In this document: positions 41,759 to 51,410 of the stretch, piece by piece
Layout of the letters: the number at the start of each line of letters is the position of its first letter
How positions within the stretch are numbered: the stretch's first letter is position 1
Source: Patescibacteria group bacterium
Lineage (GTDB): Bacteria; Patescibacteriota; Saccharimonadia; Saccharimonadales; JANWIN01
Assembly (NCBI GenBank): GCA_035480855.1
Contig: DATIHJ010000019.1
Span: forward strand, 80,096 to 144,095
Length of the DNA: 64,000 nucleotides
Direction: 5' to 3'
Translations under genes and position numbers: made by a program
The notes under the pieces: generated by a model
What the model was told of the DNA's origin: nothing
The model's input: only the letters and a program-made list of their open reading frames with translations
The model's database searches: none

Positions 41759-43207
41759 ATGGGGCAAGCGTTATACCGTAAATACCGGTCTAAGACTTTG
41801 GGTGAAGTGGTGGGGCAAGAGCACATCACATCCACTCTTCAAAGCGCCTTAAAAAGTGGCAAAATCAGCCACGCTTATTTGTTCACCGGGCCACGAGGCA
41901 CAGGCAAGACAAGTGTAGCCCGAATACTGGCTCACGAGGTCAATGGTTTACCCTACACTGATGAGTCCATTCACCTAGACATTATAGAAATAGACGCGGC
42001 CAGTAACCGCCGCATAGACGAAATTCGTGATCTGCGCGATAAAGTCCACATATCTCCCACTAGCGCCAAATATAAGGTCTACATCATAGACGAAGTCCAT
42101 ATGTTGACCAAAGAGGCCTTTAACGCCTTGCTTAAGACCCTAGAAGAACCACCAGCTCACGTTATATTCATCCTTGCCACTACAGAGGCCCATAAGCTGC
42201 CAGATACCATCATCAGCCGCACCCAACGCTACAGCTTTAAGCCTATTAAGACCAAAAACATCACCTCCCACTTAAAACAAATTGCCCAAAAAGAAAAGAT
42301 TAATATAGATGTCGAAGCCCTGGAACTAATTGCACTGCACAGTGACGGCGGACTGCGTGACAGCATTAGCCTACTCGACCAAGCAGGCTCCAGGGGCAGC
42401 GAAGTAACTCTTGCTAGCGTCCAGCAGCTGCTTGGCATTGCCCCCAGCGAAGCTATAAACGAACTTCTGGCAGCTCTGGCAAGTGGCTCACCCAAGCAAC
42501 TGCTAGATATTTTAGCTAGCTTACATACCCAAGGGCTCCAAGCCGGTCAGCTGGCCAAACAGCTAGGTCAAACTTTGCGTCAGCAGCTAGTAGACAACCA
42601 ATTAACCCTACCCGTGAATGAAACAACTGAGCTACTTGGCAGGTTATTAGATGTACCGGCAAGTGGCCAAGCCGACCGCTTGCTAGAAGTCATTCTTCTA
42701 GAGGTGTTGCTTAGTTTAAGCGCTGATCAACCCCGTCCCGTTGAGCAATCCAAAGCCAATAAGCCTTCGCCTGAGCCAGAGACGCCAGCGCCAAAAACTA
42801 AACCCGAACCTGCCAAAGTAGAACAAGTAGCTATAAATACTAAATCCAATTCCAAGACATCCCAACCAGCTAACTCTAGCTTCGCACTAGACATGTGGCC
42901 AGAAATATTACAAAACGTCAAAGCCGAGCATAACACTCTTTATAGCGTGCTACGTATGGCAGAGCCATCACTTGAGAACAAGACCCTTTACCTGGGCTTC
43001 CAGTTTGCTTTTCACCAAAAGCGCATCAATGAATCTAAAAACAAGAAAATACTAGCAGATATCATTGCAGCTCACTCCAGCCAGCCCATTACAGTTGAGG
43101 CAATTGTTTTGGAAAAGCCCGTATCCCAAAAAGCAAAACCAGAGCCAGTAGTAGCTAATATAGAGACCATTAGCAGTATTTTTGGAGGTGGCGAGGTGCT
43201 AGACTAG
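41759..43207 (+). CDS. dnaX: DNA polymerase III subunit gamma/tau
   Basis: YRKYRSKTLGEVVGQEH..., Walker A GPRGTGKTS, DEVHML, SRTQ sensor. Confidence 0.93.
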   Translation: MGQALYRKYRSKTLGEVVGQEHITSTLQSALKSGKISHAYLFTGPRGTGKTSVARILAHEVNGLPYTDESIHLDIIEIDAASNRRIDEIRDLRDKVHISPTSAKYKVYIIDEVHMLTKEAFNALLKTLEEPPAHVIFILATTEAHKLPDTIISRTQRYSFKPIKTKNITSHLKQIAQKEKINIDVEALELIALHSDGGLRDSISLLDQAGSRGSEVTLASVQQLLGIAPSEAINELLAALASGSPKQLLDILASLHTQGLQAGQLAKQLGQTLRQQLVDNQLTLPVNETTELLGRLLDVPASGQADRLLEVILLEVLLSLSADQPRPVEQSKANKPSPEPETPAPKTKPEPAKVEQVAINTKSNSKTSQPANSSFALDMWPEILQNVKAEHNTLYSVLRMAEPSLENKTLYLGFQFAFHQKRINESKNKKILADIIAAHSSQPITVEAIVLEKPVSQKAKPEPVVANIETISSIFGGGEVLD

Positions 43208-43228
43208 TACCACACTACAAGAGGGATT

Positions 43229-44590
43229 ATGGACAGCGAAACAGCAGTTATACCACCACAAAATACGGATGCCGAAGCTAGTCTGTTGGGCGCTATCCTA
43301 ATAGATAGCGATGCCATAGTAAAAATAGCAGATATTATTACTATGCAGGATTTCTACGACCCTCGCCATCAGCGCATATATGAAGCCATAAACCAACTGT
43401 ACGAAAAGCATCAGCCCATAGATGTACTCACTCTATCTGACCAACTCAAAAACAGCGGTTTTTTGGACTTTGTTGGCGGTGGAGCCTACCTAACAGAACT
43501 AACTAACTATGTGCCAACAGCTTCACACGTTGAGCAATACGCCGATATTGTGGCTCAAAAAGCCATGCGCCGTCGGCTCATTAGTGCCTCTCAGGACATT
43601 ATTAAACTTGGTTATGACGAAAAGCAGGGGCTTCGCGAGCTTGTTGAGGAGGCAGAAAATCGTCTGTTCCAGGTCAGCCAGCAGCACCTTAAGCAAAACA
43701 TTGCCAGCTTAGAGACTATTTTGGGTGAGAGTTTTGACCGCCTGGATGAACTACACAAAGACAAAGGTAAAATCCGCGGACTGCCCACTGGTTTTAAAGA
43801 TTTAGACAATATCTTGGCTGGATTGCAACGTTCAGACCTAATCATACTGGCAGCCAGGCCGTCCATGGGCAAAACCGCCCTAGCCCTTAACATTGCCCAT
43901 AAAGTAGCTCTCAAGGCTAACGAGCCAGTCCTTATCTTTAGCCTAGAAATGAGCAAAGAACAGCTTGTGGACCGCTTGCTGGCCATGGAGTCTGGTGTTG
44001 ATGCTTGGGCTCTACGCACCGGGAACCTAAGTGACAACGACTTTGAAAAGATAGGACAGGCCATGGGTAGTTTGAGTGAAGCACAGATGTATATAGATGA
44101 TAGTCCGGGTATAACCGTCAGCGACCTTCGCACTAAAGCACGTCGTGAAGCCCACCAACGCCCGCTCGGCCTAATCATTGTAGATTATTTACAGCTTATG
44201 AGTGGCGGCAGCCGTTTTGGTAGTGATTTTAACCGTGTACAAGAAATTTCAGAGATTTCGCGAAGCCTCAAAGGTATTGCACGTGAGCTTAATGTGCCAG
44301 TGCTAGCCTTAAGCCAGCTAAGCCGATCAGTTGAAAGCCGTAGCCCACAGATTCCACAGCTGGCTGACCTCCGTGAATCTGGCTCTATCGAACAAGATGC
44401 AGATGTGGTGGCCTTTATTTACCGCGAGGATTACTATAACCCAGAAACCGAACGAAAAAACATGACAGATATACTTATCAAAAAGCACCGCAATGGCCCA
44501 ACTGGCAACATTGAGCTGTATTTTGATAAGGAACGCCAGCGTTTTAACAGCCTAGACACCAAGCACAGCCAACCATTCCAGGAGCAATAA
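43229..44590 (+). CDS. dnaB: Replicative DNA helicase DnaB
   Basis: PPQNTDAEASLLGAIL N-terminus, Walker A ARPSMGKTA, IVDYLQLM, and no intein. Confidence 0.95.
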   Translation: MDSETAVIPPQNTDAEASLLGAILIDSDAIVKIADIITMQDFYDPRHQRIYEAINQLYEKHQPIDVLTLSDQLKNSGFLDFVGGGAYLTELTNYVPTASHVEQYADIVAQKAMRRRLISASQDIIKLGYDEKQGLRELVEEAENRLFQVSQQHLKQNIASLETILGESFDRLDELHKDKGKIRGLPTGFKDLDNILAGLQRSDLIILAARPSMGKTALALNIAHKVALKANEPVLIFSLEMSKEQLVDRLLAMESGVDAWALRTGNLSDNDFEKIGQAMGSLSEAQMYIDDSPGITVSDLRTKARREAHQRPLGLIIVDYLQLMSGGSRFGSDFNRVQEISEISRSLKGIARELNVPVLALSQLSRSVESRSPQIPQLADLRESGSIEQDADVVAFIYREDYYNPETERKNMTDILIKKHRNGPTGNIELYFDKERQRFNSLDTKHSQPFQEQ

Positions 44591-44624
44591 GTAAAGCGAT
44601 AATGCTATACTAGACCGCGTATCT

Positions 44625-45815
44625 ATGAGTCTTAGCAAACGCCTCCATGTCTTATTTATCCGCGTGTCATCGCCGCTTGTTTGGGGCCTAGCTGCACTAG
44701 CGGGAATCGGTTTTATACTTTTTTATCGACTGGGTAGCTTAGTACCAGGCTGGAGCCAGGCAGAACTTAGCTTTTTAAATCAGAGCCGCACATTCAAGGG
44801 CATTTTGAACAACCCCCTAAATGCACCTTACAAACTTGCGCAACTAGCGCTAATTCTACTCCACCATGAAGGGCCAATAGCAATGCGCAGCCTTAGTGCC
44901 CTTATTGGACTCACAAGTATTGCACTGTTTTATTATGTTATCCGTAAATGGCACACTACACGTGTCGCCTTGATGAGCGTAGTGCTACTGGCCACGTCCA
45001 GCTGGTTTTTGGGGTATGCTCGGGTAGCTCTGCCGGCTATACTCTATACTTTTCTAATTGCCGCTCTTGCATATGGCACCTGGCTACGCTCAACTAAAAA
45101 GTCTGCTTTGGCACTGTTTGTAGGTGCTGCACTAGCAGTGTTTTTAATCTATATTCCTGGCCTAGTGTGGTTTGTCTTAGTAGCCGGTGTCTGGCAGCGC
45201 AAAGCCATATTTGCTCACTACAAAGACAGGTCTGTACTGGGATTTTTGGCTATTATTATGGGTTGTGTGCTACTACTTCCACTTATCTATGGGTTGGTCA
45301 TGCATCCTCAACTTACACGTTCGTTTGCTGGACTTCCGTTACTGCATTGGCCAAGCGTACTCACTGTTTGCAAAAACATCTTGTATGTACCTTACCATCT
45401 GGCTGTACATAGTGGCCTTAACCCCGTTTTTGGCCTGAGCAACTTACCACTGCTAGATATCTTTACGCTAGCGATGGCCGTGCTAGGCATATATGCCTAC
45501 TTTTTTCGTCGTCAGCTTGATCGTACCAAGCTACTTCTGGGTTCAATCATTCTCGGAGTAGCCCTAATAAGTTTGGGTGGAGGGGTAGAAATAGTTATAT
45601 TGCTACCTTTTATATATCTATTTGCAGCTGGTGGTATTACCCTAATGCTACAACAGTGGTTTACAGTTTTCCCACTCAACCCACTAGCCAGGATAGTGGC
45701 CACAACCCTTATGACCGTGATTGTACTAATGGCCAGCTTTTATCACATCAACCGCTATTTCGTAGCTTGGCCAAATGCCCCGATCACCAAGCAAACCTTC
45801 CATATTCACTCCTAG
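44625..45815 (+). CDS. Polytopic membrane protein (at least 9 TM helices), possibly a GT-C (ArnT/PMT-like) glycosyltransferase
   Basis: Hydrophobicity pattern and loose resemblance to family-39 glycosyltransferases. The function is uncertain. Confidence 0.4.
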   Translation: MSLSKRLHVLFIRVSSPLVWGLAALAGIGFILFYRLGSLVPGWSQAELSFLNQSRTFKGILNNPLNAPYKLAQLALILLHHEGPIAMRSLSALIGLTSIALFYYVIRKWHTTRVALMSVVLLATSSWFLGYARVALPAILYTFLIAALAYGTWLRSTKKSALALFVGAALAVFLIYIPGLVWFVLVAGVWQRKAIFAHYKDRSVLGFLAIIMGCVLLLPLIYGLVMHPQLTRSFAGLPLLHWPSVLTVCKNILYVPYHLAVHSGLNPVFGLSNLPLLDIFTLAMAVLGIYAYFFRRQLDRTKLLLGSIILGVALISLGGGVEIVILLPFIYLFAAGGITLMLQQWFTVFPLNPLARIVATTLMTVIVLMASFYHINRYFVAWPNAPITKQTFHIHS

Positions 45816-45881
45816 CCAAGCCATGCAAGGACTTACCTTGCAAAGATCCATTATGTAAGCGGTTACCATCTGTAAGAAGTT

Positions 45882-45890
45882 TGCTACAAT
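45882..45890 (+). promoter_or_regulatory. Extended -10 TGcTACAAT upstream of ybaB
   Basis: TACAAT at 45885-90. An SD-containing leader of about 18 nt follows. Confidence 0.35.
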
Positions 45891-45914
45891 AAGGGAGTAA
45901 TTAGGAGGACAGAA

Positions 45915-46208
45915 ATGAGCCGTTTTGACCAAGCTAAAATGCTTATGAAGATTAAAAAGGTCCAAAAAGAGCTGCAAAAACAGATTATAACTATTGAGAC
46001 AGGAGACGGGGCAGTTAAGGTAGAAATTACTGCTGAGCAAAAGATTAAAAAAATCCATATCGACCCTGAGTATGTTGACTTAGAAGATATTGGCCAGTTA
46101 GAGCGCTGGGTAGAAGATGCTGTAAAAGACGCCATCAACGAAAGCCAAAAAGTAGCCGCAGAAAAAATGCAGCCATTTATGGGAATGCTGGGCGATTTGG
46201 GACTATAG
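45915..46208 (+). CDS. ybaB: Nucleoid-associated protein YbaB/EbfC family
   Basis: Size and pattern (MLMKIKKVQKELQK...GDGAVKVEITAEQKIKKIHIDPE). SD TAGGAGG. Confidence 0.85.
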   Translation: MSRFDQAKMLMKIKKVQKELQKQIITIETGDGAVKVEITAEQKIKKIHIDPEYVDLEDIGQLERWVEDAVKDAINESQKVAAEKMQPFMGMLGDLGL

Positions 46209-46219
46209 CCAGGAAATTC

Positions 46220-46825
46220 GTGAATATTTTGCCGCCTGCACTGAGTGATTTGATAGAAGCCCTGGGAGCTTTGCCTGGAGTAGGGCCGCGTTCTGCGGAG
46301 CGTTATGCATATTTTATGCTTAGGAATGATCCTGGACTAGCACAGCGCCTGGCAGAATCACTTGGCGGCCTACATGGTGGCATTGGTGTCTGTCAAAAAA
46401 CGTTTGCGCTAGTAGAAAAAGGCCAGAAACTATCCAATCTTTATACTGACCCTAAACGTGATAAAAAGCTGGTGGCTGTGGTAGCCGAGCCTTTTGACAT
46501 ACTCGCTCTTGAAAAAACCAACCAGTTCAAGGGCACTTATCACGTGCTAGGGGGCTTAGTTTCGCCTATCGATAACATTAATCCAGAGCAACTGCATATC
46601 CGTGAGCTCATAAAGCGAATTGACGAGGATGGTGTAGAGGAAATCATCCTAGCCACCAATGCCAGCGTAGAGGGTGAATCCACAGCCCTATATATCCAGC
46701 AACAGCTTGGTGAGCGCAAAGTTAAGATTACTCGCCTAGCCCGTGGTCTACCAATAGGCGTAGACCTGGAATATGCCGACCAGATAACTCTAGGACGCGC
46801 CCTAGAGGGCCGCACCCAGTTATAG
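46220..46825 (+). CDS. recR: Recombination protein RecR (zinc-finger cysteines largely absent)
   Basis: LPGVGPRSAERYAYFML HhH motif and a Toprim region. Only one Cys sits where the C4 finger normally lies. Confidence 0.88.
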   Translation: MNILPPALSDLIEALGALPGVGPRSAERYAYFMLRNDPGLAQRLAESLGGLHGGIGVCQKTFALVEKGQKLSNLYTDPKRDKKLVAVVAEPFDILALEKTNQFKGTYHVLGGLVSPIDNINPEQLHIRELIKRIDEDGVEEIILATNASVEGESTALYIQQQLGERKVKITRLARGLPIGVDLEYADQITLGRALEGRTQL

Positions 46826-46851
46826 AATTAATAGATTAGGTCGTTATCGGA

Positions 46852-46857
46852 TATACT
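46852..46857 (+). promoter_or_regulatory. -10 box TATACT 7 nt upstream of ATG 46865 (leaderless geometry)
   Basis: No SD. Confidence 0.35.
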
Positions 46858-46864
46858 TAGACAG

Positions 46865-47878
46865 ATGAAGTACCCTGAAGCGCAAAAGATCAAAGACATA
46901 TTGGACGGTGCCAAAACGGTGGTTATTATCCAGGCAGATAACCCCGACGGCGATAGCTTGGCTAGTTCACTGGCACTAGAGCAAATTCTGGGCGATCTGG
47001 GCAAAGAGCCACATATGTACTGCAGTGTGGATATGCCTGACTACCTCAAACACTTGCCTGGCTGGGACAGAGTCAGCAAAGATATACCGTCCAAGCTAGA
47101 TGCCAGCATTATCGTAGACACCAGCGCCATCTTGCTACTAGAAAAGCTAGAAGCCAGTGAATACAGAGGCTGGGTGTCAACAAAACCAGTAATGGTACTA
47201 GACCATCATGCAGAGGTAGTTTGTGATATACCGTATGCCAAAGTTGTTATAAATGATGCGGATTCCGTAGCTACAGGGGAGGTTATCTATCATCTGGCGA
47301 AGCAGTTAGATTGGCCACTTAATCTGATGGCAAAAACACACATAGCCAGCAGTATTTTGGCAGACTCATTAGGACTTAACAGTGAAGGAACTACCCCAAC
47401 TACTTACAGGATCATGGCCGATCTGATTGAGGCAGGTGTAGATCGCCCTGCACTAGAGGAAGCCCGGCGCGCTCTTTCTAAAATGCCAGAGCAGATCTTC
47501 CGTTATAAGGCTGAGCTTATCAAACGGACAGAACTTCACGCTGAGGACCAGCTAGCCCTCGTCACGATACCAAATGATGAAATTATGCGCTACAGTCCGC
47601 TATATAATCCTGCACCACTAATTCAAAACGATATGCTACAAACTGATGGAGTCCGGGTTGCAATAGTGCTTAAACAGTACAAAGATGGCAAGACTACAGG
47701 GGCTATACGTTGTGGCTACAATACAAAGATTGCAGCAGATCTAGCTAAACATTTTGGTGGAGGCGGACACGTATACGCCAGTGGCTTTAAAGTAGAAAAA
47801 GGCAAAAGCTTTGACCAGATTAAATCTGAATGCATTAAAATAGCCTCTGAATTACTTAGTAAATCTAATTCCAAATAA
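46865..47878 (+). CDS. nrnA: DHH-family phosphoesterase (NrnA-like oligoribonuclease/pAp phosphatase)
   Basis: DNPDGDSLAS (DHH motifs I/II), DHH, and GGGGH in the DHHA1 domain. Confidence 0.8.
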   Translation: MKYPEAQKIKDILDGAKTVVIIQADNPDGDSLASSLALEQILGDLGKEPHMYCSVDMPDYLKHLPGWDRVSKDIPSKLDASIIVDTSAILLLEKLEASEYRGWVSTKPVMVLDHHAEVVCDIPYAKVVINDADSVATGEVIYHLAKQLDWPLNLMAKTHIASSILADSLGLNSEGTTPTTYRIMADLIEAGVDRPALEEARRALSKMPEQIFRYKAELIKRTELHAEDQLALVTIPNDEIMRYSPLYNPAPLIQNDMLQTDGVRVAIVLKQYKDGKTTGAIRCGYNTKIAADLAKHFGGGGHVYASGFKVEKGKSFDQIKSECIKIASELLSKSNSK

Positions 47879-47881
47879 AGC

Positions 47882-49303
47882 ATGAAGCTCTATAATACTT
47901 TAACTAGAAAAGTTGAGGAGGTTAATCCCATTAATCCTCCAGTGGTTACAGTTTATACCTGTGGTCCTACGGTTTATGACTATCCGCACATTGGTAACTG
48001 GTTTACCTTTATCCGCTATGACATTCTTATACGCGCTCTCAAAGCTTCAGGTCTCAAGCCCAAGTGGGTTATGAATGTTACCGATGTTGGGCATTTGGTG
48101 AGTGATGCGGATGAAGGTGAAGATAAGCTAGAAAAGGGCGCTAAACGCGAAGGTAAAAGCGCCTGGCAGGTTGCAGAATTCTACACAGATTACTTTACTA
48201 AGGGTTTAGATCGCCTTAACATCACCGAGCCAGACCAATTGCCGCGCGCAACCGAACACATCCAGGAACAGATAGATCTTATTAAAGACCTGGAGAAAAA
48301 GGGTTACACCTATACGATTTCAGATGGAGTGTATTACGATACCAGCAAATTCCCAGACTATGGCAAAATGGCCAGATTAGACATAGCAAATCTCAAGGAA
48401 GGTGCCCGTGTGCAAGTGAATGCCGACAAGCGTAACCCAACTGATTTTGCACTCTGGAAGTTTTCACCCAAAGACAAAAAACGCGATATGGAATGGGACA
48501 GCACTTGGGGCAAGGGCTTCCCTGGTTGGCACCTGGAGTGTTCTGCTATGAGCATGAAGTACCTAGGGGAAACACTAGACATTCACGCTGGTGGTATTGA
48601 GCATATACCAGTGCATCACACAAATGAGATTGCCCAAAGCGAAGGCGCAACTGGCAAAAAGTTTGCCAACATTTGGGTGCACATGAACCACATTCTGACT
48701 GGCGGAGAGAAAATTTCCAAAAGCACCGGCAACGGCATCACTCTAGAAGATATAGAAAAAAAGGGTTACAGCCTAGAGGCTTTACGACTACTTGTATTAG
48801 AATCTCATTACCGCACCCAAGCAGAATTTACCTGGGAAACTCTTGAATCAGCTCAAAACAGATTAAAAGATTACCATGCTATGGCAGCATTACGCTTTCA
48901 AACGCGCAAACATTCAGACGACGCAAGCATGTACGTACTAAAAGAGGTGGCCCCTGATCTTGTTAATACAATAAGTAACGATCTGGATACACCTTCGTTG
49001 CTAGCACGGCTTAGCGATATATCTTCACAGCTTAGCGTTCTTTTAATCGATGAAGAGAATGGCAACAGATACAATAACTTAAAAGACTTCACCGCTTTAC
49101 TAGAGACAATTGATCAGATATCCGGCTTATCACTTATGAGAGTTGAGGATATTTCAGAAGATCAAAAACGGTTCATATCCCAGCGCGAGGAATCACGTGA
49201 GGCTAAAGACTGGGCAAAGTCAGATGATATACGTGGTCAACTAGAAAAGCAGGGAATTGGGCTACGTGATACTGATCACGGTCCTATTTGGTTCCGGCTT
49301 TAG
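47882..49303 (+). CDS. cysS: Cysteinyl-tRNA synthetase
   Basis: VYTCGPTVYDYPHIGN (HIGH region), WHLEC, and KISKS (KMSKS). Confidence 0.93.
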   Translation: MKLYNTLTRKVEEVNPINPPVVTVYTCGPTVYDYPHIGNWFTFIRYDILIRALKASGLKPKWVMNVTDVGHLVSDADEGEDKLEKGAKREGKSAWQVAEFYTDYFTKGLDRLNITEPDQLPRATEHIQEQIDLIKDLEKKGYTYTISDGVYYDTSKFPDYGKMARLDIANLKEGARVQVNADKRNPTDFALWKFSPKDKKRDMEWDSTWGKGFPGWHLECSAMSMKYLGETLDIHAGGIEHIPVHHTNEIAQSEGATGKKFANIWVHMNHILTGGEKISKSTGNGITLEDIEKKGYSLEALRLLVLESHYRTQAEFTWETLESAQNRLKDYHAMAALRFQTRKHSDDASMYVLKEVAPDLVNTISNDLDTPSLLARLSDISSQLSVLLIDEENGNRYNNLKDFTALLETIDQISGLSLMRVEDISEDQKRFISQREESREAKDWAKSDDIRGQLEKQGIGLRDTDHGPIWFRL

Positions 49304-50396
49304 CTGTTTCTGGCTCAATCAAGTTATTACGATTCAAATAATCTAATACTAGTATTCGCAGACATCCGGCAATTGGTATAGCTACTAGTCCCCCTAGTAG
49401 ACCACTAAAGCTCACGCCTATGATAACGGAACTAAAGACAAGCAATGGTGACATTTCAGTAGCATTAGCCTGGATACGTGGTTGTATAAAGTAGGTTTCG
49501 AACTGCTGGTAGAGGATGTAGTAGCAAAATACAATAATTGCCGCAGGTACAGAGTGAAACAGCGCAATAGTACTTACTATCACGGCACCAATAGTATGAC
49601 CAACAAGTGGTATTAGTCCACAGACAAACACAATTACCATAAGTGCCACTGGATAACTAACATGCAGAATGAGCAGTGGAATAATTATAAGCACTCCTGC
49701 TAATACTGCCAAAAATAACTGGCCATTAACGTAACCCTTTATGACCTTGTACATATCCCCAACTATCTTTTTGGCATGAGTCTCTTTGCTCTCAGGAAGT
49801 AAGCGCTCAGCAATACGTAGCCATTGCGGACCCTCAATTAGCATCATAAATGTTAGAACTAGCACTGTAAGTACCGAAAATACGCTACTACTAATGCGCG
49901 TAACAGTAGTAAATGCGCTGCCGCTAATATTATTTAGCCGGGCGGAGAGCTGCTTTGCAAATTTATCTACCTGATTTTCTAGATGATGATTGCGTACAAA
50001 GCTGCCCACTGAAGTGTTTTGATTGTGCAAATCCTCTACAATATGGGGCGCTTGGTGCACAAAATTACTTGTCTGGCGTACCAGAGGTGGAGCGATGCTG
50101 GCAATAAAGCCAGCTAGCAGCAACACGATAGATATAAAGGCTGTGGCTGTGGCAAGCGTCCGGTTACCGCGACTACTACCAGGTAGACGTTCTGCAATCC
50201 AGTGTACTGGGGAGTTAAGTGCAAGCGCCAGGAAAAACGCCACAAAAATAAGTGTCAGCGCATGGGAGGCCCTATGCAGGGCGGCAAGCATAATAACAGA
50301 GAGAAATATAAAAAGTAGTACCCGTATTACCGTGAAGCTCGCAATGGTTATTTCTACTTGTGAAGCTTTTTTGTCTTTTCTAAGGTAGCCAAACAT
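49284..50396 (-). CDS. AI-2E family transporter (PerM/UPF0118)
   Basis: 370 aa, about 8 TM helices, typical family layout. Confidence 0.75.
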   Translation of the reverse strand: MFGYLRKDKKASQVEITIASFTVIRVLLFIFLSVIMLAALHRASHALTLIFVAFFLALALNSPVHWIAERLPGSSRGNRTLATATAFISIVLLLAGFIASIAPPLVRQTSNFVHQAPHIVEDLHNQNTSVGSFVRNHHLENQVDKFAKQLSARLNNISGSAFTTVTRISSSVFSVLTVLVLTFMMLIEGPQWLRIAERLLPESKETHAKKIVGDMYKVIKGYVNGQLFLAVLAGVLIIIPLLILHVSYPVALMVIVFVCGLIPLVGHTIGAVIVSTIALFHSVPAAIIVFCYYILYQQFETYFIQPRIQANATEMSPLLVFSSVIIGVSFSGLLGGLVAIPIAGCLRILVLDYLNRNNLIEPETAKAGTK

Positions 50397-50402
50397 AGCC
50401 CC

Positions 50403-50411
50403 ATTATCTCA
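50403..50411 (-). promoter_or_regulatory. Extended -10 TGaGATAAT 6 nt upstream of ATG 50396 (leaderless geometry)
   Basis: The minus strand reads caTGaGATAAT-ggggct-ATG. Confidence 0.4.
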
Positions 50412-50434
50412 TGCCCAGCCCTGGTTGCAACTAC

Positions 50435-51331
50435 CTATGCGTTTCTAAGTAATTCGCGTAGCTTGGTTGGCAATAATGGCGATATGTCTTTGGCGCTAGC
50501 CAGCATTGGGATAGCATGCTTAGGCTGCTTTGACTTTAAAAGCGTAAAGTCGCTAAACACAACCTTCATATGCTGCTCCACAATGTGATTATCAAAATAG
50601 TGGTCAGCACCTACGGCTACATGGTAAACGGGCAGGTCTACATGATGTTTACATAGATCAAGTGTGAGCATTTCGTTCGCAGTCTTCATATATGTTTGCG
50701 TATCATTAGAGCGCCACAACACAATTTTGAACTGCGCCTCTTCGCTAGCCGGGTCAATGCCGCGTACTCGGTAAGCTAAGCGTACTAGGCTTGGGCGAAG
50801 CAAAACATTGTGCGTCAACCAAGAAGGTGCCCTGTGTGCACTTAGCGAAGAGCCATGCTGCAAAGCAAAATACTTTGGCTTACTAAATACAAAATCATCC
50901 TTATGGACAAAGCCGGTTAGGCTAACAAGCAGATTAACCTTACCAGCTATTTGTGGATATTTTTGTAGCATTTTAGTCACTACAATAAAACCAAACGATA
51001 CTCCTACAATAGTAATGCGGCGATTTTTGTAACGAAGTTTAATAAAAGCAGCTAGGTAGTCTGCTAGATTATCGAGCGTTGGAGTCATGCCAATTTTATA
51101 AAAACTCTGCATACCGCCAAAACCAGGCAAATCCGGCATACTAACAGCACCGTAACGATTAAGTGCAGTAGCTAAGCTTACATAGCGCTCCAAACTAGCA
51201 AAATGGCCGTACACAAGTAATATCTCTTTGCTTTTGCCTTTGGGCGGCGGCAAATACAGCATGCGACCTTGCAGACCATTCATATATAGAGGCTGCAAAT
51301 GAGTTGTGGTTTTTGGTCTAAGCGTAGCCAT
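50435..51331 (-). CDS. Alpha/beta-fold hydrolase
   Basis: Nucleophile elbow GVSFG. SD GGAG upstream. Confidence 0.7.
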   Translation of the reverse strand: MATLRPKTTTHLQPLYMNGLQGRMLYLPPPKGKSKEILLVYGHFASLERYVSLATALNRYGAVSMPDLPGFGGMQSFYKIGMTPTLDNLADYLAAFIKLRYKNRRITIVGVSFGFIVVTKMLQKYPQIAGKVNLLVSLTGFVHKDDFVFSKPKYFALQHGSSLSAHRAPSWLTHNVLLRPSLVRLAYRVRGIDPASEEAQFKIVLWRSNDTQTYMKTANEMLTLDLCKHHVDLPVYHVAVGADHYFDNHIVEQHMKVVFSDFTLLKSKQPKHAIPMLASAKDISPLLPTKLRELLRNA

Positions 51332-51397
51332 AGTACTCCAAAATGTACGCTACATTAGGAAGTTAATCAACATATTTAGGCCTTTTTGCAAATAGTC

Positions 51398-51403
51398 TAT
51401 ACT
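51398..51403 (+). promoter_or_regulatory. -10 box TATACT 7 nt upstream of ATG 51411 (leaderless geometry)
   Basis: No SD. Confidence 0.35.
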
Positions 51404-51410
51404 GTCTAGT

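Noticed and set aside
42284-42298. A-rich stretches in dnaX (CAAAAAG at 42287-93 and again at 43127-33), considered as a possible tau/gamma -1 frameshift site.
   Set aside because: Only five consecutive A residues are present, so this is not the A-AAA-AAG heptamer in frame. No downstream stem-loop was recognised.
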